From: an uncultured cyanobacterium
GTDB taxonomy: Bacteria > Cyanobacteriota > Cyanobacteriia > Cyanobacteriales > CAWCAG01
Reading direction: 5' to 3'
Length of the DNA: 64,000 bases
Assembly: GCA_963793425.1 (NCBI GenBank)
Contig: CAWCAG010000007.1
Span: 800,001 to 864,000, forward strand
Of this stretch, positions 49,366 to 58,853 are shown one piece after another. The number at the start of each line of letters is the position of its first letter. Within the stretch, counting starts at the first letter, position 1. A model generated the notes under the pieces. It searched no databases, was not told the origin of the DNA, and saw only the letters and a list, made by a program, of their open reading frames with translations. The position numbers and the translations under genes are program-made.

Positions 49366-49495
49366 ACTAGATTGGTGTTGAGTGGCATGACTTATCTGTT
49401 ATGGGAGGAAGTGGGGAGCGGGGAGTAGGGAGCAGAATTTGAGAAGTTCATTCCTGGATTTTGTAAGGGTACTTCAGTACCCGGACTTGATATCA

Positions 49496-49594
49496 TACCA
49501 TATCGGTGTTTAGTAGCACAGGTTATTTGTGAGAGTAGGGAGTAGGAAGTTTTGTGGCGAATTTATTGTAACCGGATTGAGTATCATTGTTTGA
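49496..49594. repeat. MITE-like repeat (ATAC..CGGT / ACCGGATT.AGTAT ends) with internal purine STRR; relative at ~54234-54333
   Basis: Right ends AACCGGATTGAGTAT and AACCGGATTTAGTAT; both contain GTTATTTGT followed by AGGGAG repeats. Confidence 0.45.
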
Positions 49595-49631
49595 TCTAAA
49601 TAAAAGCTTATTATATATTTTGGTTAAAAAT

Positions 49632-49661
49632 GTAGAGACGTTCTGTTCAGAACATCTCTAC
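49632..49661. repeat. REP-like palindrome
   Basis: GTAGAGACGTTCTG-TT-CAGAACATCTCTAC. Confidence 0.7.
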
Positions 49662-49677
49662 GGGGTAACAATTGCCA

Positions 49678-51147
49678 TTAAGCTAGATACTTTTGTACTT
49701 CGAGAACTAGCTGTTCGCTCCAATGACAAGCAATAGCAGCGTCAACAGCTTCTACCATTACTCTAATTACTGGTTCAGTCCCTGAAGCACGAACTAAAAT
49801 CCTACCTTGATCGGCCATTTCTCTTTCTGCATGGGCTATCGCGTTTTGTACAGGTTCGCAATCTTGCCAATTAAGACGGCGATCGCGGTTTTCTACTCGC
49901 ACGTTACGTAGTAGTTGGGGATAGGTTTTAAAGCTATTATCCACAAGTTCAGCTAAAGAAACTTCTGATTGCCTTACCACCGAAGCAATATGTAATGCTG
50001 TTTGTACCCCATCTCCAGAATAACTGTAATGGTGACAAATCACATGGCCAGATTGTTCTCCCCCCAACATAGCCCCTGTGTTAAACATTTCGGCTTGAAC
50101 GTGCTTATCCCCAACTTGAGTCCGAAGCATCTCGCCCCCTAGCTTTTGCCAAGCTTTTTCAAAGCCTAGATTAGCCATAACTGTAGCGATTAGTAAGTTA
50201 TCAGGCAATTCTCCTCTTTCTTTTAAGTCCTTGCCCCAAAGATAAAGGATATAATCCCCATCCACAGCCCTACCTTGATTATCCACTGCCATTACCCGAT
50301 CCGCATCTCCATCAAAAGCAAAGCCTAAATCTGCTTGATGGCGAACAACAGCTTTTTGCAAAATATCTAAATGAGTCGAACCACAATTGACATTAATGCG
50401 ATTCCCGTCTGGTTGTTCATGTAAGCAAATTACTTCTGCTCCCATCGCTTCAAATACTGAAGGGGCAAGGGCTACAGAAGCTCCCCAAGCCAAGTCTAGG
50501 ACAACGCGCATTCCCGACAAACTTTGTTGAGGAGGTAGAGAGCGTTGCAAAGACTCAATATAGTGGGCAAGTAAAGCCGGACGTTCATAACGTTTTCCCC
50601 AACTTAGGGATAAATCTGCTTGTCCATTAGTACCCCGCAGCCCTGCTTCAATTTCTTGGTTAGCAGCGGCTGATAATTTCGTTCCCTTAGCATTAAAAAA
50701 CTTGATACCATTATCCTGGGGAGGATTGTGGCTAGCAGAGATCATAATACCCCCAATGGCCTCTGTAATGCTGGTTAGGTAAGCGACACAAGGAGTTGGA
50801 CATAAACCAAGATGCCAAACTTCCACACCGGCTGAGGTTAAGCCAGCAGCCAAAGACATAGCCAGCATATCACTAGAGTTACGGGAATCTTGACCGACTA
50901 TAACGGGGCCAGATTCCTTTGTAGCAGCTTTCAAGACTTGCCCAGCCCAAAAACCAACTTGTAGAGCCAAAGGAGCATTTAGTAACTCTCCTGCCTTGCC
51001 TCGAATACCATCTGTACCAAATAAAGAGCCTTGGGGTAAATTTGCTAAGTTAGAGAAAAGACTAGTTGCTCTAGGTAGAGAATCAGTATACTTTTGCTGC
51101 ACATCCAAAGGACTTACTCGCTGAAAACGGGTAGGAGATGTAACCAT
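49678..51147 (-). CDS. glmM: Phosphoglucosamine mutase
   Basis: [36 protein letters not shown]. Confidence 0.95.
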   Translation of the reverse strand: MVTSPTRFQRVSPLDVQQKYTDSLPRATSLFSNLANLPQGSLFGTDGIRGKAGELLNAPLALQVGFWAGQVLKAATKESGPVIVGQDSRNSSDMLAMSLAAGLTSAGVEVWHLGLCPTPCVAYLTSITEAIGGIMISASHNPPQDNGIKFFNAKGTKLSAAANQEIEAGLRGTNGQADLSLSWGKRYERPALLAHYIESLQRSLPPQQSLSGMRVVLDLAWGASVALAPSVFEAMGAEVICLHEQPDGNRINVNCGSTHLDILQKAVVRHQADLGFAFDGDADRVMAVDNQGRAVDGDYILYLWGKDLKERGELPDNLLIATVMANLGFEKAWQKLGGEMLRTQVGDKHVQAEMFNTGAMLGGEQSGHVICHHYSYSGDGVQTALHIASVVRQSEVSLAELVDNSFKTYPQLLRNVRVENRDRRLNWQDCEPVQNAIAHAEREMADQGRILVRASGTEPVIRVMVEAVDAAIACHWSEQLVLEVQKYLA

Positions 51148-51302
51148 AATTTAATTAAATTCCTCACACAACACTTTCACAGTGGAGGATAACACTTTCT
51201 TTAAGAATCTCAGAAATTGTTATCCTCTACTGTTTTACAGATGCACCCATTTTAATTATTTACACAATACCAAGTTAAACATCCGGGGCAATATAAACTC
51301 CG

Positions 51303-51599
51303 TCATACTCCCACTGCTGTTAACAAGCCTTCCATTTCCTGCCAACCAAGTCCTTGTTGAATGTAACGCATCGCTTCCGGGTTATAGGGGGCATGGACTC
51401 GATCAATTGTCATAATTTCGGCTTCTTTTGGCAGCAAAGGAACATCAGGATCAAATGCCGTTGTGTACATCAAGGAGCTAGAAAAGCCCTTAAAAATAAC
51501 AATACAGTCTTCTTTTTTCGCAACTTTTGCTGTAACAATCAATACTTCACCAGGACATTTAATTGTATAATCTTCCAAGCGTTTGCCCTTGTTGTTCAT
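51303..51599 (-). CDS. Conserved cyanobacterial hypothetical protein
   Basis: RLEDYT, IFKGFSSSL..TAFDPD, IDR..APYNP. Confidence 0.75.
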   Translation of the reverse strand: MNNKGKRLEDYTIKCPGEVLIVTAKVAKKEDCIVIFKGFSSSLMYTTAFDPDVPLLPKEAEIMTIDRVHAPYNPEAMRYIQQGLGWQEMEGLLTAVGV

Positions 51600-51660
51600 G
51601 AAAAAGTAACAAGTAATACCAAATCAGTGTTGAGTCCCATGACTTATTTGTTAGTGTAGG

Positions 51661-51697
51661 GTTCGCGTTCGCGAAGCGTCTCTCGTTGCCGTTAGGC
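51661..51697 (-). repeat. Small dispersed repeat, apparently nested/composite
   Basis: Minus strand GCCTAACGGCAACG-AGAGACGCTTCGCGAAC-GCGAAC; first 14 nt identical to the 37925 copy. Confidence 0.65.
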
Positions 51698-51774
51698 TAC
51701 AGGGAGCAGGGAGCAGGGAGATGGGGGAATAGAATAATTAGCAATTAGCAACTAGCAACTAGCCACTAGCAATT

Positions 51775-52374
51775 CTACTGTTCCATTGCTGAGCGACCCT
51801 GTTTAGCCAATCTAATCAGAATAAAGTAGGCTAGATAAATTGTATAAATACAAAGTGCCACTATCCCCATAAAGCCTAGAAATCCTGGACTAGAGCCACC
51901 GTGAACCAAGTTTCCGTAGCCCCAAGGTGCTTCTAACCAAGCCCGACAAAAAGAACTTTTAATTTTGGCTTGGGGGAATAAAGCACACTGCAAAGCAGGA
52001 GTTGTAGCTAGTAGTCCTAAAATACAGTAAATAGTAGTTGCCCAGCGCCAGGAAGTTACGGCTAACCGAAGGAAGCGCTGGGGTTGATCGGCGATTTCTT
52101 CATTGAGATCGACCCAAAACCAAAGAGAGATGGGGATTAAAATCCTAGCAAACCAGCCTGTAACAAAACCAAGGGGCCAACTAGGAATCAAAAGATAAAC
52201 TGTGATCATCAGTAAACTAGCAACACGCCAGTAGACAATCAAAAGTCGCTGAACCCCCTCGGCTTTTTTGACAAAGGCCCAGATTAATAAAATTAAGGGC
52301 AATAGTACAGTAAAAATTACGGCTAACTTGTAGTCTGTCCAGACTAATGGTTGAAACCACATTTCATCGGGCAT
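51775..52374 (-). CDS. DUF3177-family membrane protein
   Basis: LVWTDYKLAV, YWRVASLL, SLWFWVDLNEEI. Confidence 0.8.
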   Translation of the reverse strand: MPDEMWFQPLVWTDYKLAVIFTVLLPLILLIWAFVKKAEGVQRLLIVYWRVASLLMITVYLLIPSWPLGFVTGWFARILIPISLWFWVDLNEEIADQPQRFLRLAVTSWRWATTIYCILGLLATTPALQCALFPQAKIKSSFCRAWLEAPWGYGNLVHGGSSPGFLGFMGIVALCIYTIYLAYFILIRLAKQGRSAMEQ

Positions 52375-52537
52375 GGATCTTCTGCAAAGAAAGGGAATAA
52401 GATTTGGTAGTAAAGTTAAGAGCTATAGAGTTCAGGTGGCATAAAAATAAGCCAAAAGCCTTTTTAGCTACTAAAACTGAACTTTTATATTTTATACTTT
52501 CTTATTCCCTATTCATCTTTAAATGTGAGCTTGACTT

Positions 52538-52762
52538 CTAATCATCGTAGATTCTGCACTCAGCCGCTTCTGGATTATCATCACAGTATTTTTCTAAGGA
52601 GTTTTTTTTCGGGCCAGAAGATTTCTGGTGAGCAGCTTCTGCTTGTAATTCTTCTACAGCATCCCAAGCAGCCGCACAATCAGTAGAATCTGAATCAACA
52701 GAGCAGGCTTCACGGGCTTGCTGGCGTTCTTTTTCGATTTGTTCTTGTATGTTGTTACTCAT
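52538..52762 (-). CDS. cp12: Calvin-cycle regulator CP12
   Basis: C..C AAAWDAVEELQ, YCDDNPEAAECRIYDD. Confidence 0.97.
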   Translation of the reverse strand: MSNNIQEQIEKERQQAREACSVDSDSTDCAAAWDAVEELQAEAAHQKSSGPKKNSLEKYCDDNPEAAECRIYDD

Positions 52763-52962
52763 GTTTCCTTTTTTTAGCGAGTTGTTTTTTTACTATACGA
52801 AGCTTTAACAAGCGGTATTGTTTGCCTTGCTCAAGATAAAACTGCAAACATCTTTAATTTTAAGACATAACATCTAGAGAGGATTTTTTCCTCGGATTGC
52901 TCCCAATCTTTTAAGATTTAAGCAAGCTTGAACTAAAGCACAATTATCAACACCCAAAAGCG

Positions 52963-54228
52963 ATGGCTAACCAATTCCAGTGGACAAATGCTTTATCAAC
53001 TCTTCCTTCCTTGGAAGCAGCAGTAAAGGAGGTGACAACTAGGGTTAAGCAATCCTTAGCTGCACCTCCTGAGTTGGGAATAGTATTTATTTCTTCAGCT
53101 TATGCTAGTGAATATCCCCGGTTGGTTCCTCTTTTACAAGCAGAGTTGCCTTTACCTGTACTCATTGGCTGTGGTGGTGCAGGCATTATTGGTATGGATA
53201 ACCAAGGCGAGGCTGTTGAGGTTGAAGATAATTGTGCTTTGAGTCTTAGCGTAGCTCATTTACCTGGGGTAGAAATTAAATCTTTTCAGATTCTAGGAGA
53301 TGATTTGCCGGATTCAGATAGTTCCCCCCAAAGTTGGAGCGAACTAATTGGGGTTTCTCCCCAAAAACAACCGCAATTTATTTTATTAGCTGACCCCTTT
53401 TCTTCTGGTATTAACGATTTGTTAGAAGGATTGGATTTTGCTTATCCTGGCTCTATTAAGGTAGGAGGATTGGCTAGTGCGGGGATGGTGGGAGTTCCTA
53501 ATGGGTTATTTGATTACTCTTCAACTCATCCCGACGAGTTTTTTCACCAACAAGGTACTGTAGGAGTTGCTTTGAGTGGGGAGATTTCTGTGGAAACTAT
53601 TGTGGCCCAAGGTTGCCGTTCTGTCGGCCCTTTATATCAAATAACCAAAGGAGAGCGTAATGTCATCCTGGAAATGGCTGATACAAACAACAGCCAAATG
53701 GCAACTGATTGTACCCCACGCCCCCCTTTAGAGTTGCTTAGAGAGTTAATCCATGATTTAAGCGAGTCTGACCGACAGTTGGCGCAGAACTCTCTTTTCG
53801 TTGGAGTTATTAGAGATGAGTTTAAACTTAATTTAGGGCAAAGGGATTTTTTGATCCGTAATTTGGTAGGAGTAGATCCCCGCGTCGGGGCAGTTGCCAT
53901 CGGCGATCGCGTCCGTCCCGGACAACGTATTCAATTTCATTTAAGAGATTCCCAAACTTCCGCAGAAGATTTAGAAAAATTGCTTAAGAATTATCAACAA
54001 CAAAGTAACAGTGAATCTTTTGGAACTGGGGTTTTGATGTTTGCTTGTTTGGGTCGCGGAGCAAGACTTTACAATCAACCTAATTTTGATTCTAATTTGT
54101 TACGCAGTTATCTAAAAGATGTACAGTTAGGTGGTTTTTTCTGTAATGGTGAAATTGGCCCCGTGGGAGGAAGTACTTTTCTCCATGGCTATACTTCCGC
54201 CTTCGGCATTTTTCGCCAACGGTCGTGA
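52963..54228 (+). CDS. FIST-domain protein
   Basis: LLADPF, GGLAS, VAQGCR, CLGRG, GFFCNGEIGP..LHGYT. Confidence 0.92.
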   Translation: MANQFQWTNALSTLPSLEAAVKEVTTRVKQSLAAPPELGIVFISSAYASEYPRLVPLLQAELPLPVLIGCGGAGIIGMDNQGEAVEVEDNCALSLSVAHLPGVEIKSFQILGDDLPDSDSSPQSWSELIGVSPQKQPQFILLADPFSSGINDLLEGLDFAYPGSIKVGGLASAGMVGVPNGLFDYSSTHPDEFFHQQGTVGVALSGEISVETIVAQGCRSVGPLYQITKGERNVILEMADTNNSQMATDCTPRPPLELLRELIHDLSESDRQLAQNSLFVGVIRDEFKLNLGQRDFLIRNLVGVDPRVGAVAIGDRVRPGQRIQFHLRDSQTSAEDLEKLLKNYQQQSNSESFGTGVLMFACLGRGARLYNQPNFDSNLLRSYLKDVQLGGFFCNGEIGPVGGSTFLHGYTSAFGIFRQRS

Positions 54229-54434
54229 TGTTATACCTTTGTTGTATGAGTTATTTGTTAGGGCAGGGAGCTAGGGAGCTAGGGAGCTGGGGTTTGACAA
54301 CTTTGTTCGGTCGATATGAACCGGATTTAGTATTAGTTAGGAAACTTCTCTTTCGATTGGTGAAGATTGGCGATCGCTAACAGGAAATTTCCTAAAATTG
54401 AGTTAGATAACAGGAAAACAAAGCAAGAAAGCTG

Positions 54435-54780
54435 ATGATTGCTAATTTCAAATCTCCCGACATGACTCCGCAAGAGTATCTAGAGTGGGAAAAAAGACAA
54501 GAACTTCGTTACGAATATATCGATGGTGAAGTTTTTGCTATGACTGGCGGGACGAAACCTCACAACCGCATTGCTGGAAATTTATATACGGCTTTAGATA
54601 GTTTTTTGGCAGAAAAAGGTTGCGATATTTATATAGCAGATGTGAAGGTACAAGTCTCTCCTTCTGGGCCATATCATTATCCTAATGTGATGGTAACTTG
54701 TGATGCTAGGGACAAGGAATCAAACGATAACTGTTAAAGAACTTTATCGTAAGGTGAAATTTGACCTTAGTAATGATTGA
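54435..54780 (+). pseudogene. Uma2-family endonuclease with an internal deletion
   Basis: EYLEWE..YEYIDGEVFAMTGG..HNRI; PD motif reads PN; core missing; C-terminal TVKELYRKVKF follows in another frame. Confidence 0.8.
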
Positions 54781-54940
54781 GGAATTATCTACAATTAGGT
54801 TAGACAGTTAAAGCAGAGTAAGAAAGCTAAGGAGGGGGTAGGTATATAAGCTTTGGTTTAGTTAAGTTCGGTTTGCTATCAAATCTTTTGAATTTACATA
54901 ACTTCAACTAAAAATTTGTCAAGGGCCGAAAGTTCTTTCA

Positions 54941-55243
54941 AAGGACGCATTTACGTGGTTTAATAGAAAAATCAGAAAATCATACTCCTTCCCTTGTATC
55001 CAAAATTAAATTTTAATCTCTACAAGCCAGACAGCGCTTTGGTTTTGCTCATTTCTATCTTCAGAATCCCGGTTATTCAAGATGTTTGGACGCACAAATT
55101 TTGGAGTAATTCTCAAAGTTTTTTTGACAAAACCGACATTTTCAGCTAAAGAAATTTTAGAAATTATTCTTGTTCTCTATTTCTCTATCGCTTTTTTCTG
55201 ACTTGACATGATATTATGTACAAGGTGGAAAAGGTGCGTCCTT
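54941..55243. mobile_element. Putative non-coding MITE/IS remnant (303 bp)
   Basis: 9-bp terminal inverted repeats AAGGACGCA/TGCGTCCTT, internal GGACGCA at 55088; no clear TSD. Confidence 0.4.
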
Positions 55244-55259
55244 AAAAACGGTTTTTTGA

Positions 55260-56618
55260 ATGTTCCAAACAACTCGTTACCGTTTAGCCCTTTGGTACAC
55301 TATTCTTACAGCAGTATTGCTTTTAGTTTTTGCTACAGGATTTTATTTTTACGTTCGCACCACCTTAATTGAACGTATTGACGACACCCTCAAACACGTA
55401 GTCGAAGTCGTAGAGCGATCGCTAGTTGTTGAACCTACACAAAATACTGCATCAGGCTACCAAGTTAGCTTAGAAGCCAGTTTTCGGGATAACGGCGGAG
55501 TTTTAGAAGACGATCACATTGAGATTGAATGGTTTAGCCCTAATGGTAAATTACTTTGGTCTACCTTCAGTGAACCCCTTGATATTCCCTTAAATCCTAA
55601 ACGGGTAGGAGAAACCGTTGCGGATCACCTCCTACGCCAGTTTACAGAAAGAGTTGATCTTCAGCGTCTTGTTGCTAGTAACTCTCGCCGTCACTTTATC
55701 TTAGGTTATTTGCGAGTTAGTCATCCTTGGTTTGAGGTGACAAAACCCATCCGCCAACTAATTTTTGATTTAACTTTGGGGACAATTTTTACTATTGGTT
55801 GCGTTGCTGCTATGGGTTGGTTTCTTTCTGGTATAGCCATGAAACCTGTTAAAGACTCCTATCAAAGTTTAAAACAGTTCACCGCCGACGCTTCCCATGA
55901 ACTACGTAACCCCATTGCCATGATTCAAACCAATGTGCAAATGGCGCTAAACTATCCTGAAGCAGAACCACAATTGTTGCAAAGGCAACTTCAGGTAGTC
56001 GAAAGGTTAACTAAGCGTTTAGGCAATTTGGTTAATGATCTCCTCTTCCTCGCCCGTTCCGATAGCGGTATAGTGCAAGTAAACTTTCAGCCCCTGTCCT
56101 TAGATGCTTTGTTAATCGAGGTTATTGAAGAACAAAGAGTTGTAGCAGAACAAAAAAGTATTTTTCTTTCTCTTCACTTAGTAGAACCCCAAAATAAAAG
56201 TCTTGAAGATGATATTTTTACCCTTAAAGGAGACTGGGATCAGTTAGCACGTTTATTTACCAACCTAATTAGCAATGCTTTGGAACATACCAATTCCTCA
56301 GATTCACAAGCATCCATTGAAGTAGAATTAAAAGCGAGTAAGCGTGATCGCCAGGAATATTTACAAGTTGAGATCAAAGATAATGGCGTAGGTATTCCTG
56401 AATCTGCCTTACCTCATCTCTTTGATCGTTTTTATCGCCTCGATCCTGCCCGCCCTCATCAACAGAGTAATAGCGAAGCAACTTCAGCCGGATTGGGTTT
56501 AGCGATCGCCAAAGCAATTGTCGAAAATCATCAAGGAAAAATTTTTGTCACCAGCATTATCAACCAAGGAACAACTTTTACTGTCATGCTTCCTGCTGCT
56601 GAATTTGAGGAAAAGTAG
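55260..56618 (+). CDS. Membrane sensor histidine kinase
   Basis: Two TMs, FTADASHELRNP, NLISNAL, DNGVGI, GLGLAI. Confidence 0.93.
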   Translation: MFQTTRYRLALWYTILTAVLLLVFATGFYFYVRTTLIERIDDTLKHVVEVVERSLVVEPTQNTASGYQVSLEASFRDNGGVLEDDHIEIEWFSPNGKLLWSTFSEPLDIPLNPKRVGETVADHLLRQFTERVDLQRLVASNSRRHFILGYLRVSHPWFEVTKPIRQLIFDLTLGTIFTIGCVAAMGWFLSGIAMKPVKDSYQSLKQFTADASHELRNPIAMIQTNVQMALNYPEAEPQLLQRQLQVVERLTKRLGNLVNDLLFLARSDSGIVQVNFQPLSLDALLIEVIEEQRVVAEQKSIFLSLHLVEPQNKSLEDDIFTLKGDWDQLARLFTNLISNALEHTNSSDSQASIEVELKASKRDRQEYLQVEIKDNGVGIPESALPHLFDRFYRLDPARPHQQSNSEATSAGLGLAIAKAIVENHQGKIFVTSIINQGTTFTVMLPAAEFEEK

Positions 56619-56665
56619 GGGAAAAGAAGCTGAACCTCATACAAAATCGGTGTTTAGTTGCCCAT

Positions 56666-57640
56666 TCAGGGACTGACGGTAACAAGAGGATAACTATCAA
56701 CGGGCAAAGCTGCCCATTCCCACATTGAACCAGGATAATTTTTAGCCTGGAAACCAAGCTCATTTAGTACCACAGTTAACCAAGCAGAACGTACACCTCC
56801 TGTACAATAACTCACAATTAACCGCTCAGATTCAATACCTTTTGCTGCCAACATAAAGAGAATTTTATCCCTAGCTAGTAACTTACCATCTGTTCCTAAC
56901 AACTCTTTATAGTGGAGATGAACTGCACCGGGAATATGTCCTCCCCGATCTTCTCCGTAAGGTGTTTTACCCTCATACTCGCGACTTTCCCTGGTATCAA
57001 TAATGACCAAATCCTGGGGAGGTAAACGAGCTTTAAGTTCCTCTTTGCTAATTTTCCAATCATTTCTCAATTTCACAGCAAAGTTACCTTTACTTTGAAC
57101 TACTTTCTCAAGCTTTACCCCTGCTGCTAATAATGCTTGGTATCCCCCATCTACTAATACCGCTTGATTATGCCCCATGGTACGCAACATCCAAACGATA
57201 CGCCCTTCTTCTCCCCAACCCTTAAGAAGATTACCAAAAACAACTACAGGGTTATCTTGATTAATGCCTAGCCTTTGTAATTTTTGGGTTAATACTTGCT
57301 CGTCTTCTAACAGCTTTCCTCGATGGGGATGAGATGGCTGAGAAAAGTTCTGCCAATTAATTTGTTTAGCCCCCATAATTTTGCCCTTAAGCAAACTAAA
57401 GGAACGAGCATCAAGTAAAACGGCTCTTTGGTCTACAATAATTTTGGCTTGCTCTCCACTAACTATCCACTGATTCTCCCAGTCAAGATTAGCAGAATGA
57501 TCAGTAATAAATTTTGCTGTACTTTCTCTAACCAGAGAAGATTGGGTTGGGTTGGCAAAGTAATAAACTACGGCTATTACAGAAATTAAACTAAGTAATA
57601 TAAGGATTTTAAAAGGATTAGAGAACAAATAATCAAACAT
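56666..57640 (-). CDS. Tandem-rhodanese sulfurtransferase with N-terminal membrane anchor
   Basis: GRIVWML, GGHIPGA, YCTGGVRS, YPGSMWEW. Confidence 0.9.
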   Translation of the reverse strand: MFDYLFSNPFKILILLSLISVIAVVYYFANPTQSSLVRESTAKFITDHSANLDWENQWIVSGEQAKIIVDQRAVLLDARSFSLLKGKIMGAKQINWQNFSQPSHPHRGKLLEDEQVLTQKLQRLGINQDNPVVVFGNLLKGWGEEGRIVWMLRTMGHNQAVLVDGGYQALLAAGVKLEKVVQSKGNFAVKLRNDWKISKEELKARLPPQDLVIIDTRESREYEGKTPYGEDRGGHIPGAVHLHYKELLGTDGKLLARDKILFMLAAKGIESERLIVSYCTGGVRSAWLTVVLNELGFQAKNYPGSMWEWAALPVDSYPLVTVSP

Positions 57641-57955
57641 TAGCCATCAGAACTATTAATAAAATAATTTTTTCCAATCAGTTACTCTGCAAGTTACTCT
57701 ATATATTAATTAATCGAAGAAAAAACAGACAAAACTTTAGACAGAAAAAATATCTTCAAACCCTTACTCTGCAATAATTAGCTCTATATATTTATCAATA
57801 CTTAAGTCTCTACTTTGCTTTTTGAGTATTATTTGCAAAACAAATGTTACAAGTATTTGCCAATTTGAAAATCGCCACAATAGATACAAACAAGTTTCCT
57901 GTTCAAGCTACAATTACGCAGTGATGTGAAAATTTTTATAATTATCTAACGATTA

Positions 57956-58156
57956 ATGTCAATTAAATTATCTAGTGCCAATCCTTCACCAAATACTGTT
58001 AAAGATGCCTGGGACATGAAAAGCTTAGGAACAGTCAATAACAGCAGCTTTCCTCAGAAATCTCCTTATCAAGCCGACCAACAAGTCAAATACTTATCCC
58101 TAGAAGCAGAGATAGAGTTTTTGATGCAAGAACTGAGAACTATGCAGCAAAAATAA
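57956..58156 (+). CDS. Small hypothetical protein
   Basis: ATG-started ORF with YQADQQVKYLSLEAEIE coiled-coil tail, followed by a terminator. Confidence 0.6.
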   Translation: MSIKLSSANPSPNTVKDAWDMKSLGTVNNSSFPQKSPYQADQQVKYLSLEAEIEFLMQELRTMQQK

Positions 58157-58182
58157 GCCCGCTACTTCTTCAGAATTAACAT

Positions 58183-58213
58183 AGCTCCTGCTCAAAAAAG
58201 TAGGAGCTTTTTT
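58183..58213 (+). terminator. Intrinsic terminator
   Basis: AGCTCCTGCT-loop-AGTAGGAGCT followed by a T-run. Confidence 0.7.
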
Positions 58214-58335
58214 GATAAAATATTTAATATAAGGCGATCGCAAGCATTACCTAAAATTCTATTTAATCTTTTGTCTGGTTGCCCTTCCTAATAAGAGCCT
58301 AATTTAGCTTCATAAAGCAGGTCTACAGACAGTCT

Positions 58336-58791
58336 ATGGGTCTTTTGTGGCAATATCTTAAAACAATCCTCGGCATCATCTTCCGCCATCCCCTTACTGG
58401 TGTAAGCATTATTCCTATTTTACCAGATGGAAACATAGTTCTGATTCGGCGCAGAGATACAGGTAAATGGTCTATACCAGGGGGTTTTATTGATTGGGGA
58501 GAAAATATTTCCACAACGGTTAAGCGCGAATTAAAAGAAGAAACAGGCTTAGAATTGTTAGCTATGGGGCGCTTAGTGGGGGTTTACTCAGAGATGAATC
58601 GAGATCCGAGAGTTCATTCAATTTGCATTTTAGTAGAAGCCCAAGTCCAAGGAGCTATTAATCTACAAGATGAGTTAGAAGTAACAGAAGTAAAAATTTT
58701 TACTCGCGAAACTATCCCCCTTAATAATTTATCCTATGACCACAATCGTCAAATGAAAGATTACTTAGAAGGTAACAATATTATAGCCTAA
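58336..58791 (+). CDS. NUDIX hydrolase
   Basis: PGGFIDWGE..KRELKEETG. Confidence 0.92.
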   Translation: MGLLWQYLKTILGIIFRHPLTGVSIIPILPDGNIVLIRRRDTGKWSIPGGFIDWGENISTTVKRELKEETGLELLAMGRLVGVYSEMNRDPRVHSICILVEAQVQGAINLQDELEVTEVKIFTRETIPLNNLSYDHNRQMKDYLEGNNIIA

Positions 58792-58853
58792 TAGCTTAGG
58801 CTAATGAAAGGAAATAAAGATTTTTTAACGTTACCTGTTACCCATTGCCTCCG

